From Paramecium tetraurelia (taxonomy: Eukaryota), in the NCBI GenBank assembly GCA_000165425.1, contig CT868507.1:124001-188000 (forward strand): DNA of 64,000 nucleotides. The letters are read 5' to 3'. The position numbers and the translations under genes were made by a program. Of the stretch, positions 40,835 to 56,299 are shown in pieces. Each line of letters starts with the position of its first letter. The first letter of the stretch is position 1. The notes beneath the pieces were generated by a model that was not told the DNA's origin, searched no databases, and saw only the letters and a list, made by a program, of their open reading frames with translations.

Positions 40835-43800
40835 TCAAATCTTGGCGAAGTCATCAAATATTTCTTCTAAACTGCTATGCATGACAAAGAAATGTATTAA
40901 ATGAAACATAGGATTGAAATCCTTGTTTTTGAGACTAAATGCTATCAGTCTATAAATAATAATTCTTCCACAGATTGTAAATGGTTCAATTAGTACTTAT
41001 GAAATTATGGTATTTCCTAGAAATATTATGGCAACTATATATGATTCTGAGTGCATTGGTATTCTAAAATAATAGTATGATAAATACTTCAATTAATAGA
41101 AAATGTGTAAGATTATATTTGGCAACATCAATAAAAAAATAAGAAGAATTTGACTGACAAGAGCAGCAAATCTTTTGAATCTATAAATTGCTTCTAAAAT
41201 CTTATAAAGCATTCTCATTATCAAATTTATTAAAGGGTTTGCTATCATGAAGACACAAATGAGAAAAATAGAATTACTCAAAAAATAACATTCAATTATA
41301 GCAAATGTTAAGAGTAAATTGAATTCCGAGAATACTTCTAAAATCCTATAACTAAATTTAATAAATTTGTCTCTATAATAAAATAACTATAATAATTGAT
41401 GAATTTGCTAAAATATTAGATTGAATTTTTTACTGTAAATTTTTCTTTGAACACTTTGAAACAACCCTTAAATATATAGATATTTTTATCTTTAATATTT
41501 TATGGATTCAAGCTGCTTTATTCAGTATTAGATCTTTCTTACTCATCTTTGTTATCTTTTTTTAGTTGAAAAATATAAATTGCTATAAATATTACTGATA
41601 ATGAGCCAGTCCCAATTCTTAAAGCTTATGCATCCTTGGATGTGAAAGCAAAATTAAAATCAGAGATTTATATATTATGATCCTTGTTTGCATTTAATCC
41701 ATTAAATTTTGTCGAAGTGACCAAGAAAACATCACCAAATTTATTACATTCGCAAGTTAACTCAATACTATCTTTCTTTTATACTTCATTCAAATCACAA
41801 TATGAAACAATTCCAGAGATTGCTCTCACTGCACACATGATTTAATATTCTGATAACAATTCAGTATTATTTTAGCAAATTTAATAAGATCCGAATTTTG
41901 TGCCATAAATAGATGAAAAATTTTCATATAATAAATATCGATTTTGTTAGGCATTTTTCAACTTTATTAAGTAGTAGTTCTCTGGGTAGATTTAAATAGT
42001 TTAGTCATTTAATTATGATTGGATATTTCCCAAATCATTTATAAATCTTAAAGGATTTGTTTTAAAGTAAATGGATTCATATTGAATAAAGTCAATAAGA
42101 AAATCTTCTGGTATTTATTCTAAATTAAATTATTAATTAAATTTTGACTTTGTTGTTCTTTTAATTTACCAAATAATCTCTTTGCCAGTAACAGATAAAG
42201 GTTATTCATTTACAATTAGAATATTTTAGGTTTCTTCTCCAATCTAAGGTATAAACTGTAATAATTCATTTATAGCTAGATAGATAGTCTCATTTTTTAA
42301 GTGTATTGGGGACAAATAAGAATAGATATCGTCAAGACAGTATAATAAAGATATTAATAAATATTGTTGGTTTTCATACATTTGAAAGGTTTCTTCATCC
42401 CAAATATATTAGTTCTGTTTAAGTTCGCTGTCAAATTATTTTTTCATTTTAATATAGTATTTTAGAGCTAAATCTAATTTTTGAATATTTTTCTTTAAGT
42501 CTTTAAGAATCAACGTTAAATTCGCTTCTGATTCAGCCAAATTTTGTGTAATATACAAATGGTTTGAGTTAAGACCTAAACACCTTGTTTCGACTTTTTC
42601 CATTAATAATCGATTATTAGGATCCTTTTAGGAGACTAAGAGCTGTTTATATAATTTGACTGCCTAAAATTTCAATGTGTTCTCATTATTATCTTCCAAA
42701 ATTAAATTTTATAGCAAATCAAGATAAATTTATGAATGCAACAAATCACATTTTTGATTAACTGCTTCAAATAACAATAATATCTTCTCTTTAAAAATCA
42801 AATTTTAAAATTAGAGTGATTTACAATTTAATTCTGCTGACTTCATAATAACTTTTTCAAATATATTAGTCACTGATCCTCCCATATCAAGAACTTATAC
42901 TAGAATTCCAATTTTTGAAGAATTCATAGAAGAAGGAGTTTAAATTAAGAATTAATTTGACTCTTAAAATGGAAATAAAGTTAGGGAATTATCTGATATT
43001 CCTTTTTAAAAATCTGTTAAATCTGATTCTCTCAAAAATAGCTTCAGTTAAAATTTATATGGAGAATCATTTGATGACTCACAAACAGCAGCTACTGTAA
43101 AATTAGTCAATGCAAAATCACTTGAACGAGTTATAGTTAATTTTGAACATTAAGGAGGGTAATTGATAGATAATTTTATATTTTATAGGTTTGGCATAAT
43201 ATTAGATGTATATTATGCTGCAAATTTAAGATTAATATTATTACCAAACTTTAATGCTTTAATGTAATTAAATATCTTAAATTAATGTGAGTGATATTTT
43301 GGTTGTAATATTTCTATAATCTCATAATCATAAATAATTGCAATTGATAGTTCTAATAATTGAGATTTTTTTTCAAAGGGAATTAGAAAGGTAAAATTTA
43401 ATTATTCATAATTATTTATTTTTCTCATTTGATACCCCTTATTGAATTCAAGTTCCTAAAATTGGAATTCATCATCAATATAAATAATAACTAAAGTAAA
43501 TTTGGAAGTTTATTGCAATTTTGATGCAGTTACTGTCCATTCTTAAGTTGAAAAGGGAGAAATGGAATTCTTTCGAATGAATTGGAATGTCTCAGTTTTA
43601 TTTACATTAATTATTTACTTTCGTTAATCTAAACAAGCGGAATTCCTTATTAGATCCTTACAAGCCACCTAAATGTGCAATTATGGATCGCTGTTCCATT
43701 GATATGTGTAGTCTAAATCTTGACACAATATTTAGAGGTTTAAATCTCTTTGAATATTTTAATATCCTTAATTGTTGAACTAACAAAGTAATCCAGCAGA

Positions 43801-46800
43801 CAATATATCAATAGTGAAATTTTATTATTAACTTTCATCTGTCTTCAAATTAGTTGCAGTAATTTAAAATGTATAATTTGAGTTTGGGCTTAAAGTGTAT
43901 TTTTAAAAAATGGTATAGATTATTTAACAGGAATCAGATTCATACAAAGTATTTAATATAGAAGATGACGATGATTTAGGATTTACATCAACATCCTTAA
44001 TTTGAATCTAGTATTTAGGTTTATATGTCGAATTTAATTCTTCCAAACTACCAACAGAAACACCAATTTTTACAGTCTCGTAAATAAAATACGAAGGTCT
44101 TGCCTTTATATTAATTTGAGGTAGCTTTCCTGAATGAGTTTTTATAGTCAATTCAGAGTAAGAATAAGTATGGATAAAATTGTAATATTCGACCTTGAAT
44201 TTCACTGTTGAATTAATAGGTAATGTAAACTTTGGTATAAATAAATTTATTTCTTATCGAAAGTTGATTGAGTTTAGGAATTAATCAAGATTAATGTTGG
44301 CTTCATTTGACTACAATTCATAGCTCCAAATTATATTATTTAGCTTTCGATTTCCATTATATTAAATTTATTTTAAATAGATTGCATTATCTCCATTAGG
44401 ATTGAGTTTATGAAGGGGTACGTTATACTCAATTTTTGGAGGAAGTAGATGAACTGGCTATTGTAATTATGTTAAGATAAATTTTTATATGGCAGTTTCA
44501 CACTCGATATGAGAGATGGAGTTACTTTAAAATACGATTTCATCACCAATATCAATGTTAGGGTTTTCTCCTAACAAGATCAATAATTCCTAATTATTTT
44601 ATGGATTAATAAGGCAAACAGGATTAAAACCTAATGTTGATGTAGATTCTATCTCAAAGAATTAATAGCATTTATTATTTTTTAATTAAGAATCGAAGGA
44701 TTTTGGATTTAAAGGAAAATCAAAATGGATTATAATCTTACTAAGGTCATCTGATAAAACTGCATTCACAACTGCTATTTGGCAGGCTAACAAATATATT
44801 TGAATAATTTACTTGAGCACCAAGGTGTAGTCTCATAAGAAATTGAGTTTGGGGGAGGAATACAATCATTTTCATCATTTAGCAATCTATTCCCAAAGCA
44901 AGATAAGCAACCATTAATATTGCATTCTAAACAAGTACTATCACATTTTAAACAATTGTCATTTAACTAATCATCAAAATATCCAGATTAACAAATACAA
45001 TAAGGTTCTTGAATTCGATTACCTCTACAAGATTTACAATTTAAAGGATCTAAATGACAAGTAGCACACTAAAATGCACATTCTATAATAGATTTTAGAA
45101 TAATTTGATACATTAGCAAATAATTAATCCGATTTCAAAATATCCATCAATACATTTGCAATCTATATCGATTCTTCCTGGTTTACAAGTCAAACAATTT
45201 GAGGGTTCAAATACACATGTATTACACTAAGGTGCACAAACTTTTTAAGAAATAAAATTTACTCAGGCAAGTGAATTACTCGTCTTCATAATACCCTTCT
45301 ATGCAATTACATGTTGGTGGACTAATTCGCATTATATTTTAGCAAATTTGGCAATTATTTGCTTTATCAACACAGGTTTTACATTTGAAATTGCATTTTT
45401 AGCATTAAATTTATGTCCCATCATCAAAATAACCTTCTTTGCAGTCGCATTAACCAGATAGAGGTTTGCGATTTGCATTTAATTCAAAACTACAACTTAA
45501 ACATTTATCACTCTAATTTACACAAGTTTAACATTTGATATGACATTCTATTCTAATATGTAGATTTACTTTAACAAATCTATTCCTAATCTTCATAAAA
45601 TCCGCTAATACATGGACATTTGTGGATGATAGATTGATCAATTCTTTTGTCATCAATATCACAACTTGTACAAAGATTAGCCGAACCTTTGCAAGTTAAA
45701 CATTCATTCGAGCATTTAGAACAGATCACTGTATTTTATTCAAAATACCCAGGCTTGCATAAACATTTATTTTCTTAATAAAACCGATAATGGTCAATTT
45801 CATAACAAGATAAACAATTTGAGGCAGAAGATTAACAGGTTTAGCAAAGATTATTGCATTTTTAACAGATTTCGATTCCAATCTCATAATAGCCATCGAT
45901 GCATAAACACTTATTTGCTTTTAACTATCTTTTTAATTCACTTGTGCAAGTTAGACAATTTGTATTTGTATTTTCACAACTCTCACATGTTAAGTCACAT
46001 TCTCATAATAATTAAATATTATTACTTGAACAGTTTTATTAATTGTTTTCATAAAATCCATTTTTACATAAACATTATTTGGATTCTTCATCAAAATATC
46101 TGGTTGTCAATCGACAAGATATACATTAACTACTATTTTAACATTCTAGACAAGTGATATTACACTCTATTTTATAATTGTATTATTACATAGACAGGAA
46201 TTAGTTAAATAATCAAAATAATACTATTATTAACATAGACATCGATTATTCACTAAAATTAAATTAATACTAGTATTGCAAGTTAAGCAATTATCAAATA
46301 ATAATGAACAAGTTAAACAGGAACTTGCACATTGTTCGCAATTCTGATTAATTGGATTTTCATAGTATCCTTGTATGCATTCACAAGTATTTCCGGTTTT
46401 GAATTGTCTAAAATTGGTTATTGAACATGTTAAACAATAATCACTTTAATTAACACAGGTTACACATATCTTACTACATAATTTACATTATTTATCATCA
46501 TTTGATTCATACATTCCATTAATACAAATACAATCTTTATCTTTCAAGTATCGATATTTAACGCAAGAAGTGCATTAATTTATGAATTAGGAGCACGTCT
46601 CGCACTTTTAATTACATTATTAACATGTTCCATCAACTTCAATAAATCCTACATAACAATCACAGGTTCTTGTTTTTAAGTTAATTTCTCTAAATTAATT
46701 AGAATCACATGAGGTACAGTTATTTGCTGTGTTCAAACACGTCATACAATTTGAATTACATTCTAAACAAAGCTATAAGCCAACTTCATAATATCCTAAT

Positions 46801-49800
46801 TGACATTTACAATTTGTTTCTATTTTTCTTGTTTATGGACATGATAAACAGTTATAAGATTATTCAATGCAATTTAAACATTAAATATCACATTTTTAAC
46901 ATTATATTGATTAACCATCATCAAAATATCCAAATAAACATTTACATGTCTAATTATAAATAACTCGATTTGATGTAAAAACATCTATACAGGAAACACA
47001 GGAATTCGAAGAATATGAATTGCAACTTAAGCATGTATAATGACATTTTTCACAAGTTTCAACTCCATTATCATAATATCCAATATTGCAATTACAAGAA
47101 TAAAATAGTTCATCATAGGTTCTGTTTGAGTCTTTTGAGCATAATTCACATTTAGTATTAATATTATTACATCTAAGGCAGGAATAATGGCATTCTAATG
47201 ATATTAGAAAATGATAAATACCCTAACAAACTTCATTTTATCCATCCTCAAAATATCTTTCTATGCATTAGCATCGATTAAAACCTGAAATCAGGTATCT
47301 TAAACTGTTATCCTGACAAGAAATACAACTTTCAGCATTCTTAGAACATTCTTTACATTTATAACTACATTCTATTTAGTTATAATCTGTTAATACTTTG
47401 ACAGATAGGTAATCCTGCATCGAAATATCCTTCCTTACAAACACAAGTATTTCCAATTTAGAATCTGTTCTCAGTATCCTTACAAGTTATGCAATCTTAT
47501 TCAGTCATTCCTTGACATATACCGCATGAATAGTGACATTCTATTTATTGATTGAATTCATACTTTCGCATTTAATCATTCCATTATATTCAAATGTACT
47601 TATCATAGCTCCTTATTACTTAGTAATACATTTGCAAGTATTTCCAACTAAATATCTATCGCTATAACATGATGTACAATTTGAGGAATCCTAAACACAT
47701 TCATAACAGAATGCTCTACAAACTAATTTTTAGATAGAAAAGAGTACTTCCACATTATGGAAACTCTATTTCATAATAATGTGGTTAGCATAAACAGGAA
47801 CTAATTTTAAGTTCTCTATGGGCAGAAGAATCGCAGGAGAGACATTCATTTTAATCCTTACCATAACAGGATTTACATTTGAAATGGCAATCTATTTTAT
47901 ATTAATTTCTACTTTAACAAATTATTTCATTTTCTTAATCAAAGTACTCTGATGGGCAAGGGCATCCTTTAATAAGATCAAATGCACGTCTTGAATTTAT
48001 TGGACAACTCAAACATTACTCTGGTAATATTTCGCATTTTTCACATTTATATGAGCATTCTTAGTAAGTAATATTTAAGATATTTACTTTAACACTAAGA
48101 AATTCCTGGTTCTTCATAATATCCATCAATACATTTACAAATATTGCCTTTTATTATTCTAAAGCTAAACTCCAATGAACAAAAAATGCAACTATCTACC
48201 TTCTCATCGAAACAGTTGTAACAAGAAAAGTGGCATTCTTTTTATTTAATTTTTCTTACTTGCACATTCTAATTATCCAATATCGTAATATCCAGGAGGA
48301 CAAACACATGATGATAAATCAGACTACCTATATTGTGTGTCGCATGTTAGACAGTTTGAAGAAAGAGGACCATAACATGTTTTACAAGTTTCATCACATT
48401 ATTGGCATTCTAATGAAAATCCGTCATCAAAAGCATTAGGTGCAGTACAGATGCATTCAAAGAAACTACCTGATTAAATAGATGTCCTACTCGATGGACA
48501 TTCTAAACATGCATCCTTTTCAGTACTGTTTGCACATGAAAGACATGAATTATGACACCCTATTAAATACGTTAATTTATTACTTTAACATTCTATATTA
48601 TCTGTATTATCATCATAATATGATTATTTACACAAGCATTCTCCTAAAGTTGTTAATTCTCTATTCGACCTAATTAAGCATTGTGTACAATTTGTAGATT
48701 CAACCCCATTACAAGTTCCACATGTATAATGACAAACTAAGTCTAATTTATGAAAATACGTGCACAAACTACCAAAATTCCAAAATCCCCATAATTTTCT
48801 TTGCAATCACAATAAAAATTTTCAGAAACCTCACGATTTTATCCAGGTATACATGTGAGACAATATTGATTATCAGTATCATCAGCAGCTTGAAAACATG
48901 TTTCACATTTTGGATGGCATTCTAGAATCAATTTTATTTAATACTTCCACATTATGCTTCTCTAATTGCAAACTCGCCATATCCAGTTTTGCAAGGACAT
49001 AAATTCGCATTTTGAACTCTGTTTGAATAGCTTTCCTCTATACATTCAGTACAGTCTGCATATGATGGACCATTACATTTTTGACAAGATATATCACAAA
49101 CTAGAATGATTTAGCAGCTATACCGATGCATTTTTGATCAAGGTTCCCAGGATCATATGATCGAGGTTAACAAATACATTCTGTATTCACTAAAATCCTA
49201 TTTGATCCTGGTTTACATGAAATACAGGAATAAAAATCATTATCTTCGCAATCAAAACAATAGCCATCTGAGCAAGGTGTGCACATTTCTTATATCAAAC
49301 CATGGTATGGTTTACACACACAGATACCATCTATTGCAATTCTATTCTCCCAACCAATGCAAGAGGTACAATAATTTAGATTAGTTTCCAAGCAGGTAGA
49401 ACAACTTGAATTACAGTATCCTATTATTTATTTACATGTGCCATCTGATTGTAAAGCATACTATGCCTAACAAGCTATACAATTAATTCCTTAAGAATCC
49501 AATAAAATACAATATTTTATTTAATATTTCGATATTATGGCTAAATGATATTTTAGGTATTTATTACTTTCACATTTTTTCGATTGCTTGTTATACAAAA
49601 ATCCTGGATCGCATAAAGTACATGTTGTATAATAATATATTTATCCACCACTTTGATAATTAATTAACATTGATTAACTTGAGAAGCCGCAATTCCAATC
49701 CAATTAAAAACAACGATATACATTGTACTATGTATACACTTTTTTTAGAATATAGCCTTGGAAGCAGTTGTAACAATTGTAATAAATTGGAGAATCCATA

Positions 49801-50667
49801 CGCTAACCACTTTTACAAGGAACAATATCTTAAATAAGTATAATGATCTAAATTACTATAGCAGTTTTAATTATAATAGTAATATCCATCTATACAACTG
49901 CTAGTAAAACTTGTAATTCTGCCTGTTTAATCTAGAATACAACCCTCAAAAGGTCTACAATCTATATTTGAATTATAATTTACCAGTGTAACAAAGATAA
50001 CTTTTAAAACCTACAACCCCTTTCTAACAAGAACTGCAGGTTCCATCAGAATAACATGACCTACATGAGCTAAATGGGCAACCTGTTATAAATATTTAGC
50101 TTACTTCTTGGAGGCAATGCATATTAATCATAATACATTTTTGTATTTTCGCAATTAATTCCGCTTCCATAGAATGGAAATTTGCACAATTAACATTTTT
50201 ATGATCCTTTCTAAATGCCCATTACCCAGCAGAATCTATTTTCAAATTAGAAACCTAATTTATAAGTTTACTTACTTTCGCAATAATATTTATAATGTCC
50301 ATCAGAAAGCAACTCCATCACCAATGTAGCATAGCTACTATCTTTTCCACAAGAAAAAATGCTTTTTTCTATACTTAAAGACCACCCCGTTCTATTTTGG
50401 AAAGGTTAGAATCTGGGATGGCATAAATGTTATGTACCATTTACCTCTATTTTTACTTCTATTTCCGTTATACCCCTGCAAATCCAGGCATAAGCTTAAA
50501 TAGTGACAATATTTACAAACACATTCATGTGGATGCATGTCTGGCAAATATGTGTGTAATTCAGGACATTTACGAGAAAATGATCCAAAAATTTAGTTCC
50601 ATGCATTTTAATCTCTCCACCCAACTATTTGTATGATGAGTCGAAATCCAATTAACCACATAATCAT
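40835..50667 (-). CDS. Large surface receptor: furin-like Cys-rich repeats, REJ domain, GPS-like motif and multi-TM C-terminus (polycystin-1/adhesion-receptor-like architecture); copy 1, apparently complete
   Basis: Starts MIMWLIGFRLIIQIVG, then many CHxxCxxC..CxxC..CxCxxGYY repeats, REJ-like INYPPQC..VCESSNDSPYKF..VQVLDMGGSV, GPS-like IELTCECNKFG and hydrophobic segments. Ends ..EEIFDDFAKI* at 40835-40837. Not every exon was traced. Confidence 0.85.
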
Positions 50668-50880
50668 GTTTATTTATTTATCATACTTCAAAATGATCAA
50701 TTATTTAAATATTTAGGGAAGTTTTGTCTGAAAATTTAGAAATACTACCAACTTAATAAATATTTTATATCGTTTCTTCTTACTTTTTCTTCTTAGAAAC
50801 TTCTAGTAGTGATGAGATACTGGGGTGGAAGTTGATATCTCTGTAAAAACAAATTCAAATTTCTATTTTAAGAATAGAAA
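47586..50880 (-). repeat. Left arm of long inverted duplication
   Basis: Reverse complement matches 59806-63098. Paired track ORFs are identical (50427-50636 vs 60050-60259; 49157-49384 vs 61297-61524; 48624-48806 vs 61875-62057). Confidence 0.97.
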
Positions 50881-51279
50881 AATTTTACTTATGATTGATC
50901 GTATGATATGAACATAAGGAATATGTTTTAGCTTTTTATAGGCCCTAGTACCAATTATAACTGTAATTTGGTTCTTTGAAAAGAGAGCTAAGATTCATTC
51001 AAAAGTTGAATCCAACTTTAATAAAAAGAAGGTAGTCTATTTTATCAGAATCTTTTTTAGAAGAGTTTGCCATTTTTTACTCAATAATGAATTATGAAAT
51101 TTTTTAAAATATCCTTTTGAATGAATTGAAACCCTAAAATATTTAATATTACAAAAAAAAATATCAAAGAAAGACTTTTAATTTCGGTAAACATAAAAAA
51201 TACTCCACTATTTTTTTAAAAGAACTGAATGAAATAAGGTAAAAAATGTTTTGTCTTTCTTATTCAAGTTAGTCTTTAT

Positions 51280-52400
51280 ATCTACTGCTACTCATTTACA
51301 AGAAACATCTGAGTTTTTTTATATATTTTAGCATCTCATTTATTGAAATATGAGCATTTACCTAATTTAGCATTATAAGATTCACAAGTATGTTCATTAT
51401 AAGAAGTGGCATTAGTAGCAGTAGCAGAAGTTCATTTATATTTACTTTTTGCTAATTGACAAGTAATCTGATATGATACTTAATAGCAGCACAATTATTT
51501 CTTGATTTACATTTTGATGTTAGTACTATTAGTAATGGTATCGCAAAATCTTAAATCTACTTATTTGTCATTTGTATTATTTAATGAATTGCATTTAATT
51601 TGAAATGTCAAAGTAATCAATTATCACAATTTTCATCCTATTGAACTTCATTTATTTATGCCTTTATCCATGTAGTTGCGTACTTAATACATGTCGGGTT
51701 ACAAGTTTTACCATTAAATAGCATATGATTAATTGAGAGTGGAGAGTCTAAAGAGTGGTTCCTTTGAGATATTAACAATCCAATTCTCTACAAAACTTAG
51801 ATGTTCATCCCTTATGTAATTATATGTTGAATGAAATTATATTAATGAGTTAGTATATGCGCCAAATTGTGAACATGATGGTATTCAATAAAAGAAGATA
51901 TCCTGTTTAGGCTGTCTAGCATTTAGAATGAGTTGTAAGAGCTGAAGGGCAGCTAACATTTTTAGAGTTAATTTGTTGGAAACAAATCAATAATTTACAA
52001 GACGCATGCTCCTTACGAACCATCAATATTAGGGTAATCAGATAACCAATTAATGATTCATCAGTTCGTTAAACTAAAGCATCAATATCATTTGTAAAAA
52101 CCTTTTAGATTAGGGTAAATTTATCACCATTACAACTGCACTTTTTCCTTAAAGGTCTTATCTTTTGGTCTAGAGCATGCTGTCTTGATAAGCAAAGATA
52201 GCTTCGGTTTCATCCCTGAGCAAGAAAAATCATCAGTTAGTTATAATCTTCATTTACCTTTGTATTACACTTATTTCCATAATCAATAGTTGATCAATAC
52301 AAAAGAATATTAACTCTTAAAATTTGTTATTTAGTTTTAACTAACTCGTGGTAAGATTTAAGTGAAAATATGGCATCTTTTACAGATACATCTATAGAAG
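51280..52400 (-). pseudogene. Decayed Cys-rich surface-protein gene homologous to the relic at 35433-36940
   Basis: Minus strand reads QITCQLAKSKYK*TSATATNATSYNEHTC, aligning with LITCQIASSRCKWTSTSATITISCYDH at ~36640-36730. Confidence 0.55.
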
Positions 52401-52499
52401 AAATAGAAAAAAATTGAAATAGTGTGATATTATAATGATTTAATATGTCAATTTATATAGCATAACCAATTAAGTAGGGATATGTTCTTACAAATGATA

Positions 52500-55400
52500 A
52501 TAGAAATTGGGTAGCATGAAATTTTAAATGATTAATATATATGACTCTAGTAATGTTAACTGATGAAAATGTACTATTTTTTTTCTTTAATTAAATCAAA
52601 AATTGTATGTTGATGATAATTTCCATAGAAATAACTTTGAAGAACAAATATTTTAAAATATTTATTTTGTAAAATACATTTTATGTATTTTATACATTCT
52701 AAATAAACCACTATATGGAATGAACCAATATAAACTTCATTCTCTTCTTACATATTCCCTATATCAGTTCCGACATTTGTAGTGGATTACCTCCCTAAAT
52801 TTAAATTTTGAGAATATAATAATATAAGCAATTCTTTAGTTTAGAAATTATCACCATATAAATTCAAAATTTTTTTAGTTTTACTTATAGAAATAAATTT
52901 AGAACAAAGTCCAACCTTGAATAATGGGATTTCAGAAAGCGAGCAATTTTATATACATATAGACTAAATTCAATGTTAGAGGAAATATTAAAATGTACCA
53001 AATTTACTCTCTTCTTGTTTTTTTAATTATTATAATAAGTTCTTCCAGGGATATTTAAAGATGGTCGTTAAGAATATGATTGTAAATCAACAGCGATACT
53101 TTATTTAATTAGCTTTCATCTTTTTGATTGGAATTCTTTGGTTCTTTTTTTGGTGTGATCCTTTATCTTTTTCTTTTTTATAATTTTCAAAAAAATACTT
53201 CAATAAATCAACATTTTTTGGGATTTATTCTTCTGTAATTCTAAAGTTCTATCTCAGTGAGGAGTCTGTGGTCATTCTAGAAAACCTTTAGATTATTTTC
53301 TATCTTTCTTAAATTCAAAAATGATTAGTGTAATTTCTTTCATTCTTATCATTTACACTTCAATGAAATATTATGATGTTTTAAGCAATATCATTCATAT
53401 ATCTATGTTAAATATTTGAGTATTAAAGTCTTCGCAGATTATGAGTTGCTGATTGCTATTGATTTAATCTATAATTTAATTAACTTTATTCCAATAAATT
53501 TTTAAAATTAATTATATTCTTTTTGATAATCAAATAAGTGTTATCAATATTAAGTCTAAATTAGGTGATAATATTTAAACCACATAAACGTCTGAATGAG
53601 CACAATAATTGAGCCAAAATAATAATATGTTATAAACCTACTATAAAATTTGGTATGAATTCTTATTATTTTCCCCAGAGTGATTTTGACTTTTTTATAT
53701 AACTTAGATATTGTTATTTGATGTATTTTTTAATTATGTATTCCATATTTCTTGTAAGCAAATTGCATAAGACTGAAATTTTGGATTTTATGGAATGTAA
53801 ATTTTTAAATGAAACTAACATATCATCTGAGGATTTGAAGTTAGTATTAATATTATTATGAATATACCAATTTAAATTTTCTTTCGTTTTCTATTTGGCC
53901 ACAAATATTGCTGTATTTATTTTAAATTGAAGTTCTTCTTGCTTGTTTCTGGTGGATACAATGCACCGCTGATTTATATGGTCATAATCGATATTGTTGG
54001 CATATTATGTTTCTTGGCTCCCATTAAAACTTCCTTTGTCTGATAAACCAGCTTTGGATATATTTTTATGTCATTAGAATTATAGATCACTCCTTTGATT
54101 CTTACCTTGATTTTATGAAATAATTTTTCTGATTCTGCTGATTTTATATTATTAATCAAGGATTGTCAATTTGGAGCTTAGTAGTTTTTAATTCAGGTGT
54201 TTTAAAAGACCATTTGTTTTCTAGTTTTAAAATTCTTCTTCTTAAAATACCTTTCTTTTTTTTCTCATGAATTATGGTGGCTGCTTTTTCTTAAATAATT
54301 ATTTGAACATTATAAATTTTTAATATTGTTTATTTAAACCATTTAAGATAAGCAACCTGATTTATATATTATATAGGCTATTATACGGTACTATTGTCCA
54401 TTATTGTTATTAGACAAGGATGGCATATATAGCACTCAACATTTCTCATTTGTTTGAAAATGTTTCTAATTGTTGGTTAAGTACATTTATGAATTCCACC
54501 ACATTATGTGTAATACCCATAAGATTTTGAAGTCTTACAATTATGAAGCAGGAGCAGCATTAATTTTAGGGACTCAATGATTAGCTAATCTTAGCGATTG
54601 CTAGTTATTAAATCTGGTCGGTGTAGATCATTTTCCTACTTTTGAAAGAATAATGATCTCTTCCATAAAATAAAATGAAAATTAAAACTCTCATATATGA
54701 CCAACTCAATTCTTTCAAATTTCATCAATCCTTCTTTAAGAATGTTTAAACAGGCTTGTTACCAAGTATGAATTATACCTTTTTAAAAAATATTCTGAAT
54801 CTTATATTAATCTAATCTTACAGATTTATGAATTGATCTTTCAAATATTTCCAATTGTTTTAATTGTATTCAATTCAAGTGACTTTGTTGATAAAACCAT
54901 AAATTTTGATTGACACAAAATCTAGCTGCTTTATATAATTTATTGGACAATATATCATTAATTGGAGAATATTTTAGTAGTGGTAATATCTCTTTGAATG
55001 TAAAATCATCTTTTATAAAAAATTTTGGAAACCGAAAATAAATGAAAATTATTTTTGTAAATTATTCTCTTCAATACAAGGCAACCCAAGATATTTAGAT
55101 AAAATCATTCGTAATCACCTACTGATTTTTTATTTCCAACATCAAGGTTTTCTTATCTGAAAACTGAAAGTTGTTTCATCAATACATGCAAATTCTCTCT
55201 CTATTTTTTGACATCGTTAATATTCGACAACGCTTTTTTTCGTTCCCAAAATTTTACTTATATATAATTTATTTAGAAATATAATTCAATAATATGAGAT
55301 TTGCTTTGCTGGGCAGTTCTAAATTCAAACACCTTAAATTCTCGATATCAAAATAAAAAGCTGAAACCCATGGTCTTGAGTGAAATTTACTGAAGCCAAA

Positions 55401-55800
55401 ATGTCTTGGAGAGATTTGCCCCAGTTCTCCTAATACGAAGAAAAAAATGTAAAAATTCCAAGAAACTCTTAAAAACTTTGCTGATTACACAATTTCTTTC
55501 AGTCATAAATCCAGTTATTGTTGTTTATTCTTCATAACTTAAATTTTTATTTGATTTAATAATATTGTTTAACTGATAGATCGAAGGCATTGGCAGGGAA
55601 AGTTTTTCTTTTTTCACTTTTTTAATTGATCTTTAAACCTGATGTGATGTTCTGCAGCATTTTTAATTGACATAAAGTTAGAGCTCTGTGATTTATTGCT
55701 TCTAAGTGAAGTTCTTTTTAAGATTGTTTAGACTTTAAATGTTAAAATAAGAAATTTGAAGTTATTCTACTTGTAAATGATTTTTTTCAATTTATTATTT
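52500..55800. pseudogene. Unidentified degenerate coding-like sequence
   Basis: Patchy coding-like composition with frequent TGA in all frames. No family recognised. Confidence 0.25.
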
Positions 55801-56299
55801 AAAATCTAAAAATGTTTAAGAAGATTAAGAATATTGAATAAAATAATTTCGGTCCCAATTTAAGAAGTTAATTTGGTTCATGGATCAATTGATTCGGCTT
55901 GTTTGCGTTGATCATAAAAGGATATTATGCCAAAATGAGAACTTCTATTCAAAGTTATGATAGATAAAGTATTTAGTATCAAGCGAACAGAAGGAAATGC
56001 TTATAATTAATTATACAATAAATTACATACTCTTAAATTTGATAATCATCTTCCTGATAAAATTCTGGTAATCTATATATTATTAACAATAGCGCCAAAT
56101 GATTTCTTATTTAACCATTAATGCCGGAGAGCTAATAAGTAGCTCCAATCTAAGAATTAAAATCAATTATTGTATCTTAGGATGATGATGCCAGATTTCA
56201 ATAATTTTCATTTTATCAAAAAAATAAGTAGACGATTTTAAGAAAGTAAAATGCTTGAATTTCATAATTATATTTTTATATATAAATACGTAAGATTTT

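Noticed and set aside
40835..50667. Mating-type gene (mtA or MTA/MTB)
   Set aside because: It shares furin-like repeats and TM segments, but here the repeats are N-terminal and followed by REJ and GPS-like regions. No specific similarity is recognisable.
55150..55210. CIDETTF on the minus strand as a DDE transposase first-Asp motif
   Set aside because: An isolated short match with no supporting downstream motifs, in a frame interrupted by stops; an alternative frame reads equally well.
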